This document shows, piece by piece, positions 23,200 to 34,796 of a DNA stretch of 64,000 nt; within the stretch, counting starts at the first letter, position 1, and each line of letters starts with the position of its first letter. A program made the position numbers and the translations under genes. The notes beneath the pieces are model-generated. The model searched no databases. It saw only the letters and a list, made by a program, of their open reading frames with translations, and was not told the origin of the DNA. Origin of the DNA: Rhizodiscina lignyota (lineage: Eukaryota); NCBI GenBank assembly GCA_010015805.1, contig ML978123.1:3162001-3226000 (forward strand), given 5' to 3'.

Positions 23200-24019
23200 T
23201 GTCTACAACCTCAAGCGTTGAATGGCATCTTTGCCGCCAATTTCAGCAGATACTTATGCCGAGAACGTGGCAACGAGTCTTATTACGGGCAAGCAAGAAT
23301 CATTGGATGCTGCATCTTCCTCGGCAGTGGTGAGGCCCTCGCCTGAAGAGGAACGCGCGAAAGAGAGCGACAAGTTCGAAGATCTCATCGGCGAACAAGC
23401 TCAGATCAACTGCTGTCTATTTTGTACCAAGGATTCAGACAGTCTGGAAACCAACCTTGAGCACATGTCCTCGGAGCATGGCCTTTACATTCCTGAGATG
23501 GAGCAACTCTTAAGTCTCGAGATAGTTGTTAGGTATCTTCGCACTGTTATTACCGAGTACAATAAATGCTTATACTGTGGAATGATCAAGCAGCCTGCAG
23601 AAGGCATTCGGCGGCACATGCTTGACAAGGGTCATTGCATGATCAACTTGGAGCGGGAACCGGAGCTTCTCGAATTCTGGGAATTCTCTGATAGCGACGG
23701 ACATGACACTGACGACGAAGAGGTGCTAAAATCACGGGCTCGAAAGACTGATACGGCGGCACCTAGAGACTTATCGCAGGGCGAATACACACTTCCTTCT
23801 GGTAAAGTTGTCGGATCCAAGAGCAAGGGTAGAGAGGCCCGCCTTGTCGCTCGTCGAACTGCCTTGGCCGCCAAGCAGCAGATGCGGAGTCTGATCACTG
23901 TTCAGAGAAAGATGCAAAGGCAGCAGGCGATCGTGCGAGCGTCGGCGGCCTGGGCAGATGAAAAAGGCGGGACTCATCAAAAGCACTACAAGCAAAAGAT
24001 GAATTTGCGCGATGGCTGA
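23200..24019 (+). pseudogene. Rei1/ZNF622/TRI15-like C2H2 zinc-finger gene with an in-frame nonsense codon
   Basis: After an acceptor (CTCAC..TAG at 23199) the exon reads VYNLKR*MASLPPIS; the family consensus is YNLKRRxAxLPPI. Zinc fingers CLFC..HMSSEHGLYIP and CLYC..RHMLDKGHC follow. No intact first-finger exon is recognisable upstream. Confidence 0.7.
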
Positions 24020-25446
24020 ACCGTATACATCATTGCATTTTCTCCGCCACGCACTCTGTGGCGATAGAGATGCATAGATGTAATCATTATGGTCTTTACC
24101 TTCTTGTCTCAAAGAGGGAAAGAGGGGGGGGGATGGACATGCCCATGCAAGCCACCCGAAATGTCAGTACACTGTACACAAGAGTTTGTATTCACTAAGC
24201 CATTTATCTTCTCAGGTGTAGCCAGTGCCCTTGCTGTTGTATATATTCTACCTCTTTACAGAAGATTCCGACGCGGAAAGAGAATGGGAAGGGCTGGTGG
24301 CTTGCTCTTCGCCGAGCTCAACTGCGTCCTCCGAGCGACGCCACAGAACCATTGTGCTGCCGTATGTTGATGAGGATGCTCTCAATTGAATTGAAGAACA
24401 AAACTACTTCATGCTGCACGCTTTCAACTTGCACGGAAGTCAGCCATTTTGTCACCCTCGCTCTTAGCAGTCGATCACTGCTTCATACGGACCAGAGAAG
24501 GAACTCTCACTCCATGCCATGGCCCCATGGGACAGCCAAATTCTGGGTTCGGGCTGACTGAGCAGAACACATAGTTAGCGTTTCCTAAACTACAAAATGA
24601 CACGAGCAATGTGTAGTTAGTCCTCATATCCGAAGGAGAAGACCAAATCTCCGAACGAATTGCTGTTCGGAGAGGCTTTCGGGAGGATCTCCGCCGCAAT
24701 GGCATGTGCACGCTTGACTCCAGTTCTCCACAACGGACGCCCCACATACCCTCCAAATGCATTTCAGATTTGTTGAACGCTGAGAAGAAAAGGCGAAGGA
24801 GGCGTGAGGCTCCGGATACAACCATAAGCACCCTGTTCCGAGCAGAGCCTCTGGTCATCGAGGCATGACAAGAATACCTACTACATCTCGGCAACGCCCC
24901 GCGAAGCCTTGTCCAACGTTGCTTCGTGCCGTGCAAGCATCCTTGGCTCGCGCTGCCCGTTAAACCGTTTCGCGCTTGGCTGCAGCGGAGGAATTGCTTG
25001 TTAGTGGTTGGAGGCGTTGGCGGCTTTTCTCTGCGGGGACGGCATGACGGCACTGCTGCTCGCTGGGCATAGGTCACAGTCGCACACTCCATGCAGCATC
25101 TTGGGGCTACTTCGTGCAGCGATGCCTTTGCTGGCAGGTCATCAGGTCGATCATCGCGTGCAGTTAATGAGCCAGGTGAGGATCGATTGGCACAGTGAGC
25201 AGGTGGTCGATGGCTCCGGTATGTTGGATCCGAGTAGTGCGAACGAAGCGCATCTCCCGTCGAGCGAGAGTTTAAAAGGGACGGTGTGTCGCTGGTGAAG
25301 AGCTTTGTACGACGATCTTGGTGTGACTGTGACAATTGGGAACATTGAGGGCTGATTCACCGCTTTCCACTCGCGCGGAAAGCTTCAACCTACCTCCACT
25401 CAACTCGCCAAACTAACAATCGCTCACACCGTCAAATTTTGCAAAT

Positions 25447-27170
25447 ATGGCGGAGTATGAGGATGAACGCATGCCAGAGCGCCACATGAGCGCCAGTCGC
25501 TATGCTACGACTCGACTTTCATCGTTAATGCCTACGTACGATAAAGTGCCAAATCCATTTAGCGCGTTAGCAATGCTCAATTTCCAGCAATGGATGTTCT
25601 TTCTCGTGGGCTTCATCGGCTGGACTTGGGACGCGTTTGATTTCTTCACGGTATGGCATCAAAAGTCCTTCACTCGGAAATCGAGAGTTAATCCAACCGG
25701 AAAATTAGAGTGAATGACAAGTAAGAAGCTAACAACAGGCCACAGGTCTCCCTCACTGTAACCGATATGGCCAAAACCTTCGACAAGAAGAACTCCGAAA
25801 TCACCTGGGGCATCACTCTCGTGCTGATGCTTCGTTCCGTCGGCGCCATCATCTTCGGCATCGCAGCCGATCGCTATGGCCGCAAATGGCCTTTCATCAT
25901 TAACAACGTCCTCTTCATTGTGCTCGAGCTCGCCACCGGCTTCTGCGACTCGTACGAGTCGTTCCTGGGTGTGCGCAGCTTGTACGGCATTGCTATGGGC
26001 GGGTTGTATGGGAATGCAGCTGCGACGGCGTTGGAGGACTGCCCAGAGGCGGCGAGAGGTATTATCAGCGGCATCTTGCAGCAGGGATATGCGTTTGGCT
26101 ATCTGCTAGCCACAGTTTTCGCGAGAGCTTTGGTGAATACTACGTCGCATTCGTGGAGACCGGTATGTGGCATTCGCACTTTCCAAGTTGATTCCCAGGC
26201 TGACTCACTGGCAACAGCTGTACTGGTTCGGTGCATGCCCGCCAATACTTATCATTGCATTCCGTCTCTGCCTTCCAGAGACCAAAGTCTTCCAGGAGCG
26301 CCAGAGGATGCGTGAATCGGGCACTGGTCTGACCAGCACGTTCCTCAAAGAGGGCAAGATCGCTCTCAGGCGTCACTGGTTACTCCTCACGTACATGGTG
26401 CTGCTCATGGCCGGATTCAACTTCATGAGTCACGGAAGTCAGGACATCTACCCAACTTTGCTGCAGAACCAGTACAGCTTCAGCGCCAACGCTGTCACGG
26501 TCACTCAGGTAGCCTCCAATACTTCACTTCACTCACCGGAAAACCATACTAATGATTTGCACAGGTAGTAGCAAACCTCGGTGCCATGCTCGGCGGCACC
26601 CTCGGCGGCTATTGCTCCCAAATCTTCGGCCGTCGCTTCAGCATCATCTGCCTCTGCGTCGTCGGCGGTGCGCTTCTCTACCCTTATTGCTTCGTCACCA
26701 CCACCAAAGTCATGGCCGCCGCATTCTTCGAGCAATTCTGCGTGCAAGGCGCCTGGGGCGTGATCCCCATCCACCTGATGGAACTCTCGCCCGGTTCGTT
26801 CCGCACCTTCGTCGTCGGAACCGCATACCAACTCGGCAACCTAGTCTCCAGCGCGAGTTCAACCATCGAGTCGACGATCGGGGAGCGCTTCCCCTTGCCG
26901 GCAAAGGCCGGTGTGCCCAGGTATGAGTACGGAAAGGTGATTTGCATTTTCATGGGGTGCGTGTATGTGTATGTGATTATCATGACAATTGCGGGGCCGG
27001 AGTATCGGGGACGATTCTTCGATGTCGCGCATGACGATGACATGAAGGAGGCTGCGGGCGTCTTTAGTGATAAACTAGATGCGCAGCGGGGTGATAGCGT
27101 GCCAGGGGAGGATATTGGGAAGGCTGGTGCTACGACGATTCCACACACCGGTGCAGATGAGAAGGTTTGA
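25447..27170 (+). CDS. Carboxylate/H+ symporter, MFS sialate:H+ symporter (Jen1-like) family
   Basis: WTWDAFDFFTV, ADRYGRKWP, GIAMGGLYG, ISGILQQGYAFGYL, NFMSHGSQDIYPT (Jen family signature), GAWGVIPIHLMELSP and YQLGNL. Introns at about 25651-25746, 26163-26217 and 26508-26564. Confidence 0.93.
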
Positions 27171-27469
27171 AGGGAATGAGGATGAGAGACTTGCTGATGA
27201 TATACCCAAATAACGGCTGATGAAGTTGAAATTGACGTGATGCGGATTGGGATGATCTTTCCAGAGCCTCACAATGAGACAAATTAGCCTCTCACTTGCT
27301 CACCCGTCATAACTATCCTCGAGTTCCTTGAGCATCAAGACTCGCGTCTCAATTGGACTCGTAGTGTCTAAATGCTAAGAGCAAATATTGTTGCTTCTCA
27401 AGACGGCCTTCTTTTGAGGGTGGTTGGGTCCTTTCGCTCTCATCTCAAGACAAATGCACATTCCTCTTT

Positions 27470-28834
27470 CTAAAGCTCGCTCCTCACCTCCAGCTCCCAA
27501 GTCGGATAATCTGTATATCCCTCGTGCCCCGGTGTATAGAACTGCTTCGGCACATACATCGCCAACTTCTTCCCCAACCTCAGTCTCTCTGGCAGATCGG
27601 GATTACTGATAAACCATCGCCCAAACACCACACCATCGACATCGCCCTCCGCTACTGGCGCGAAGCAATTCTCCCCATCGAACCTCCCATTCGCAAACAT
27701 TACCGTGCTCTTCAAGCTGCCTCGAAAATATCTCAACGAGATCTTCGCGCGACGCTCCGCCTCAGTCATGCGCTGCGCCCAGGGCATGTCATATGCTTGC
27801 TTCAGTTTATCGTCTATTGAGAGGAACAAATCGCTTCTGGGATCGGTGAGACACACGTACGCGAGGCCACGCTTATCGACTTCGGCAAGCATGTAGCTGA
27901 ACGTAGCTAATGGGTCGGAGTCGCCGGCGCCCTGGAATGTGCCAAAGGGACTGAAGCGCGTTGCGGTGCGTTCTGGACCGACGGCAGCGACGACAGCATC
28001 GAGAAGCTCGAGAGGGAAGCGGGCGCGGTTGGAGACGGGGCCGCCGTAACTGTCGGCGCGGCGGTTGATGTTGTCGCAGAGGAATTGGTCTACGAGGTAG
28101 CCGTTTGCTCCTTGCTTTTAAACCATCAATCTCTACCCACACACTCTGCAACTACTCTGGGAGAGCATATTGAAGCTAAGAAAAGAGACGTACAATTTCC
28201 ACACCATCAAATCCCGCCTCAATAGCACATTGGGCGGCATGCACATGATCCTCAATCGTGTCATGCATATCCTCACGTGTCATCTCCTTCGGTATCACAC
28301 ACTCCTGCGGCTCTCGCGACGGAACCATGCGGTTTGGGAAGGGGCATCTCGAAGCAGAGGACGAGCTGAGCGGGAGTCTGCCGCCGATTTGCATTGGGAG
28401 CGCAGTGCGTCCTGTGTGCCAAAGTTGGCAGAAGATGTATCCGCCTTTCTCGTGCACTGCGTCCGTGATTTTCTTCCACGCGCGGACTTGTTCGGGGGTG
28501 TAGATGCCTGGGACGCCGTCGTAACTGCCTCCCTGGAAGGTTGTCAGCTACTTTCAAGGTTTCATCATTCAGTAGAACAATAGATGGAGCGCACTATAAC
28601 CGAGGGATGGCATCCCTCGCTGATAATCAAACCACCAGGGCTCGCGCGCTGACTGTAGTACAACTCAGCGAGCTCGGGCAATGGAATTCCTGCAGGAGAA
28701 CGCGAACGCGTGAGAGGAGACATGACAACTCTATGAGCTAGGAGCATATTGCCCACTTTGAGTGGAGCAAAGAGGGATGGACGAGTGAGATGAGCATCTT
28801 CAGGACTCAGAGGACTGGTGTCTGTGACCGCCAT
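27470..28834 (-). CDS. Old Yellow Enzyme family NADH:flavin oxidoreductase
   Basis: [81 protein letters not shown] and [11 protein letters not shown]. Two introns (about 28593-28534 and 28193-28115). Confidence 0.92.
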
Positions 28835-30461
28835 GATGGAATCGTCTTTCGGAAAATGGGGAAACAGAAATGCTTCGAAGAGCTTTTGTACACATTGTGT
28901 CTACATTTGCGGTGCTTCATACTTAACTTTCTTCGAGATGCCGAGGATATACTATAAATGGCGTGTATATTTGTAGATTACTCATGTTGTTGCGATGGTT
29001 CAACATCGGAGATGTACAGATAATTTTTGTTGAAATTATGGATCGTGTGGCTTGAATTTGATAGGTGATCAAAATAGGGAACTTGCGAGACCTCAGCCAC
29101 TTTTTACCCTCTGGCTACGGCCGTAGAACATTTAAGATGTGCTTGATATAAACTGTTGAGAATGGTATGAATCAGATGAATCAAAGGATGATCCTGATGA
29201 AGCAGAGGTTGCGAACTGAGATAGGTCTCTTACGAGTACGCAGGGTTAGGGTTGGGGTAAACAACAACACCAACCTCGTAGCTCGATGAATTGAGAAGAG
29301 TCATGAAAACCGATTCTTAACGTTGATCCAATGCTAATTGGGACTATGCTCTGAAGTATTCCATTTAATGTGTGAGAATCTACGAGTGGGAGGATTACAC
29401 CAGGGAGCTTCGCATCACACGAACGAAAATGTTGGGTGGGGTGGTACCGAAGTCCAGGTGGGATAGGCCCCCAGAGTAGCTTGATCGTTGGGTGGCCATC
29501 GCCCTCGGGATGCTGGTTTCTTTGTAATGGCAAAAGTCCATGCAATGATTTCTACAACTGCAGCAAAACAAACTATGTATCATTTGCAACAAAGCGCGCA
29601 CATCTGGTCTGTCTCTTGATACTTGAAATGACACCACGAGCTCGAGGCACAACCCGAGTCCGGGGTGCTGATGGCCTGCATTAGCGTGGGCGTCGAGCTT
29701 GACAGCATCGCCAATTGCCCTCTCCCTCTGTCCCACAATCTGACACGCGAAACCTGAAACCTCGAAAGTCGGGGTGAGAAAAATCACGCAGTAAACGTCC
29801 AATGCTCAGTCCAAGCTCCAACAAATGTAAATACTGTTCTGACGGCGGTCGGGGTATCGGTGCGTAAAAGGATGCGATGAAAGGCGGTGAGCTTCACCGC
29901 AGCACAGTCGGATGCGTTTCGAGACGGTGCAAGAGCCACACAACCACCAGATTCGACTAAATGTTGCCCTATAATTAAAGCCGTGTCTCGTGCTCGTTTC
30001 CAGCTGGCCGACAATAATTTCGTGTGCGGGGTGGGTAATTGGTCTTGCTTGGTCTTGGTACTGAGTCGAAGGGGCGGATTTGGTGGGTGGATATAAACAT
30101 TCCTCTACCTATAGAGCATATGAGCTTTTGTACACAAAAAGGTCAAACCGTGAAAAGCCACTCCGCTCGAGATATCATCCTCATAGCACAGAAGCAAGAA
30201 GGGCCAGGACAACATGTTGAGATCGCAGGTACAGCGAGGCCGAGACCTGAAGATGCCATCCCTGGTATCATCGATCACAGGCGCACCGTCGCAAACACCA
30301 TCGCAATCGCAATCGCGAGGAACACAACGCAGGAGCCAACCGTCGCCATGCCGAAAGCACTCATTATCGGAAGAAGGACACAGACACCCGCACGACTGCC
30401 TCTCGCACCACAACCTGGCCGTGCACACGGCGCAACAATACCGCCTCGCGCAAAAGCAAAA

Positions 30462-31199
30462 TCAACCGCGACTGCTCAAGCTCCTGTCCCTCCTGATTCT
30501 CTGCTGAGGATAATCCCCGCCACCAAACTGATTCGGATCGACTTGCCTGAAGCCGCTTCTTCTGCTCCTCCTTGAACCGTCGCGACGCGGTGGAGGACCG
30601 GGCGAGACACTTAAGCTGCCCTCCTCGATCACTTCCACAATATCATCCCCCTCGACGCGCGGCTCCGTCCGTCTCTCCTCCACAATGCTAGTCTCGCGCT
30701 CCATCGGCGGCGGAGCGCTCCTCCTCTCTTCTACGATGATCGTCTCGTTACGCGGCGGAGGAAGTGGGGATCTCGATCGCTCTCGGACCTCCGTCACGGT
30801 GCGGTGGTGACTTCTCCTACTCCTTCGTGAATGTGAGTGCGGACTGCGGCTGCGGCCCTCGCGCACGACTTGGATGGACTCTGCAGTGACGCCGCCTCTG
30901 CCCCCGTAGTTTGCGAGCGTCCAAAGCAGCCAGATGACTAGGACGAAGCCGGCGACACTGCCGAGGACGATGCCGACGACTGTGCCGGGCGCGGGGCCGG
31001 CATTGAGGCCTTGGTATGTGGCGGGGATGGCAACGGTGGTGTACTGCCTTTTTACTGCAGAGAGTGTGTGCGATGGTAGTGATTCGGCGGGAGCGTCGCG
31101 TGGGGAGAGGTGTTCGAGGTGTGCGAGGATTTCGCGCGGGAGATGGAGGATGTTCTTCTGTAGATTTTGTAGAGACGGTATTGACGGAGTCGGCGCCAT
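30462..31199 (-). CDS. Single-pass membrane protein with an Arg/Glu-rich cytoplasmic tail (fungal hypothetical)
   Basis: MAPTPS..KRQYTTVAIPATYQGLNAGPAPGTVVGIVLGSVAGFVLVIWLLW TM segment, then an RSRS-rich tail with IIVEERR and DDIVEVIEE motifs. Confidence 0.75.
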   Translation of the reverse strand: MAPTPSIPSLQNLQKNILHLPREILAHLEHLSPRDAPAESLPSHTLSAVKRQYTTVAIPATYQGLNAGPAPGTVVGIVLGSVAGFVLVIWLLWTLANYGGRGGVTAESIQVVREGRSRSPHSHSRRSRRSHHRTVTEVRERSRSPLPPPRNETIIVEERRSAPPPMERETSIVEERRTEPRVEGDDIVEVIEEGSLSVSPGPPPRRDGSRRSRRSGFRQVDPNQFGGGDYPQQRIRRDRSLSSRG

Positions 31200-32138
31200 G
31201 GCGGCGACACAGATGTATGTGCAATGTGCCTCACTTCCTGCTCTTGGGTGCAGTGACGCGGTGTTGAGTGTTGTGGTCAAGGATGCGCGTAGCCGTGAAA
31301 TTGGGCTGCGGCGGAGACGATTCCGCTGCTCTTGCTGTGCTGCTCGCTACCGGGACATGTCTTGCACGAGGCAGAGCGAGTGATTGAGGGACAGCGAAGG
31401 TGAAAAGAGCGACTTTGCAGAGTGACAGCGCAAAGCGGTGAAAAGAGACAGAAGAGCAGGTGGGATGGCCCGACGCAAGCACTTTTGAGGTGGTTAGCAC
31501 TGCCAGCCACTCCCGCCAGCCCAATATTACGGAGGCGGCGCACCACGACCACCGCGGACCGCTGCCGGACCAGATGAGCAAGAGAAGTGACGTCGAGAGA
31601 GGGATAGCTAGGCACTTATGCTAGATTGCGAGCCAGCTCTCGCGCCATATTCCGGTGCGCTGGTGGAGCGCGCATGTGCTGAGCACGCGGCCGCCAATCC
31701 CGGCCTCTCATGTGCCGACAGCGAGCCGGCCTCGTACGTCGCACGCATCTCTCCGAAGATTTGACATCTGCGAGTATCTGAGCTGTACGGTATGTAGCAC
31801 AAACGGTGCCTGGGGCACGTGAAACGCGTTCGACGCAGGTTGGTTGTGGCTGTGCCGGTTAAGCTCGCGGCTCGAACGCTTAAGAATGTCTAAGCATCGG
31901 CCGCGCCATCACTTCTTCTTCCACCTTTCGCCTTTCAATTCGTCATCGCGAGGTGTTTAACAGAGCGCTCGGTCGCTTCCGGTAGTCCGATTTAATACTC
32001 CTCAACTACAGCTTTTCGTCAGGTCGATTTGAACCTCATCTTCCTGCATCTCACACGCAAGGCACACGATCAGCGTCGCCACATCGTGCACTGCCGCGCA
32101 ATCCCATCAACCTCATCTTCTACACTCCAGAAAGCATC

Positions 32139-32585
32139 ATGGCGCAGAAATACGTACGTGCCATTAGTCTCTTCTAGCTGCAATCTACATACAATAGATT
32201 GCAATTGCTAACAAACCCACAGGAACCACCGTCCTCCCCACCCCCAGGCTATCCGCAACAACCGCAACACTTCGACGCCGGCCCAGCTTACCCCCAACAA
32301 ACGCACAACGGCCAAGGCGCCGCACAGGACTTCTACGGTGGCAGCCCTCCACCTCAGCAGCAAGGCTACTACGGCAGCCCACCACCACAGCAGCAAGGCT
32401 ATTACGGCCCACCACCAGGCCAGCAGGGCTACTACGGCCAGCCGCAGGGCATGTACTATCAGCAGCAGCCACAGGGCGGGTATTACGATGGGAGACGAGG
32501 CGGCGGTGGTGACGCACTGGCGACAGGCCTATGCGCTGGGTTGTGCGCGAGTTTGTGCTGCTTGGATTTGTGTTTGTTCTTCTAA
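32139..32585 (+). CDS. Cysteine-rich transmembrane (CYSTM) tail-anchored protein
   Basis: MAQKY|EPPSSPPPGY across intron 32154-32222, a Pro/Gln/Tyr/Gly-rich region with QQ(Q)GYYG.PP repeats, and a C-terminal GLCAGLCASLCCLDLCLFF. Confidence 0.88.
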
Positions 32586-32992
32586 GCGAAGAGAGGCTGA
32601 GGGTGCAATGGTTGAAGCAGTGGAGGAGCGGTGGGAGATGAAAAGATACAGCAAGAGAAGAAGAAAGTGAAGGCAAACGACAGGGTGAGGAGGTGATAAC
32701 AGTAGAGGATGGGAGTAGCGACAAGTGAAAGGCGTTCAGATGGTGCAGCATGCAGCTTTTCGGTTCATTTCAGTTTGTCTGGATTTTGGGTTCTGGTATT
32801 GGACAGGGCATCTCTCTTGCGTCTGCGGGACAGGCTGATGATCTTAGGCGGCGCGCATATGCGTAGCCTCAGCTCAATGGCTCGAATGGCAACTACATGG
32901 TCTTAATTTTCCATATATGCCCACGATTAAAATCGCCTGAAAAAAGTAACCACGCCAAGGCCTTGAACCAACCTTAATGCAACCCCTGGAGG

Positions 32993-34455
32993 TTAGAACG
33001 GATAATTGTACACATCCTCCTCTTTATCCACAGGCAGACCGTTCTTCACCTGCTCCTCATGCTTCTTGTCAAGATACTCGAGCAACACGTCGCCATACCT
33101 TGCTCGCCCACGATAGCGCGACACGTCGTCGGACCAGCTGCGTACGGCAGATGCCAAGCGGCCGGGCACGTACGGCTCCTCACAGATCTCGGCGATGGGA
33201 TGGAAGTAGGTGCGGATGGTGAAGACGACTGCACCAGTCTTTGGGAGTCTGTCCATGATCATCAACACACGTTCCAGCGCATACCCTCCCACTCAAGGCC
33301 ACTATACGGGCAAGGAAGAGTGAGGAAAGGGAATAAAACTCACCGTCTGAGACTCTGCCTCTCACTCCTGAAATGATGATGCTCAATCGCCTTCCCCTTC
33401 TCCGCCGTATCCCAATTAAAGGTCTCGCCATCCTCACTTCCAATGCTCCAGCTCCACGGCAAATAATCATCAACCTGGATGAAATAATTATTCCTCAGCA
33501 TCGGCGCCTCCGGCCTCAGTCTCCTAAAGAAATTCATCATGCCCTTCTCCAGTCTCTCTTTAAACTGCGGTACATCACCACTCGTATGGATCTCGCTGAG
33601 CGGCATACGGAATTTGTCTTCTAGACGCCAGAAGCCCGCGAGGAGGATGGAACCGGCAAGCAGGTAATACTGGCCATCTGGCCGCTCAAACATGAGCGCC
33701 AGATCATCCTGCGTGAACCTCGCACACATCTGCATCGGATCCTCTTTCAATGGTCGCTCCACGATATTAAAGCTCTCCCCGCTCCACAGATTATCCATGC
33801 CCACCTCCGTCCTCTTATACAGAGAGGGATACCTCTGCGGCAGATAATCCACAAGCTCTTCCAGTAACTCGACTGCAGCGTCGTACGCCTCGGGCGCGGT
33901 GTGCGAGCAACGCGACCCGCGCTCTGCGATTCGCTCTGCTTTTAAGGCGTGGAATTTGGGGTAGTGGCTGTCCAGCTCGATCCACTCGTTCCAGTCCATG
34001 CTGCGCAGGCCCATGGTGACGAAGTACTTGGGCCGGAAGGGGCGGTAGGGGAGCGGTTTGGTGCCCTCGATTGACCAGTCGGGGTAAGGGGATGCGGCGG
34101 GGCGTCTGAAGGATGATGGTGTCCAGACTACAATGTGGATCAGTAATTGATATTGTGGGGGTGATCAATCGGATGGTGATTTACCTCCAGGCTCAGCCAT
34201 GGCGAATTTAGACTTTGTGGTTTCGGTGAAGACGCTTGGTTTCTCGACATCTGGAGTCCGTGGCGGTGCGGCAATTTTTCTCCTCTTGAATAATCGAATT
34301 ACAGTAACGGTTGCCCAAATGAATGTCACTGCCACAAGAGAAAGATATAAAATCGTTCTTGAATTCTTAAGAACATATTGCTGAGTATGAGCAGCTAATG
34401 CTTTTGCCCTCGCAGGGTCACACGCCCTCTTAACAAATTCTTTGATATCATCCAT
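32993..34455 (-). CDS. DUF3445 family (heme-dependent oxidative N-demethylase alpha-subunit-like) protein with an N-terminal TM anchor
   Basis: PLPYRPFRPKYFVTMGLR, WIELD, LPQRYP, QDDLALM, GFWRLEDK, IHTSGDVP, RNNYFIQ, RSERQSLRR|LPKTGAVVFTIRTY. Two introns. Confidence 0.85.
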
Positions 34456-34796
34456 TGTCGAAAAATACTTCAGAGACAATTGACAATAGAAAATAATCGT
34501 GGAAGAGAGACCCAGCCACATATATCCCAATCGGCAGCGGGCCTCGACGTTTCTTCGCGGTCCAGACAAACAGCCAGTCGGCGCGATAAGGCGCGGGCAT
34601 TGATAGGCGCGCCTTGTTGCTCCACTGGCGGGGGATTAGTTGCAACCCGCACGCCCGCACTTGAATACCGCTTTGGGTTAAGATGACCCCAAGCACCGCC
34701 TGGGAGCAGATCAAGTCAGAGTTTAAATTTACTTCTTGCCGCCTTGGTGTCCGAGGATGATAGTATGATTCCTGCGGAATGCAATTGTTCATGTTA

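Noticed and set aside
24352..25360. 286 aa minus-strand ORF and neighbours upstream of the Jen1-like gene
   Set aside because: No recognisable motif and R/S/C-rich non-coding-like composition; more likely promoter DNA, though a decayed gene fragment cannot be excluded.
27470..27484. OYE C-terminus ..RSEL as a peroxisomal or ER signal
   Set aside because: SEL is not a canonical PTS1, and there is no signal peptide to make an HDEL-like motif meaningful.
29243..29257. GGGTTAGGGTTGGGG telomere-like or G4 motif
   Set aside because: Only one full TTAGGG and three G-tracts; compatible with chance.
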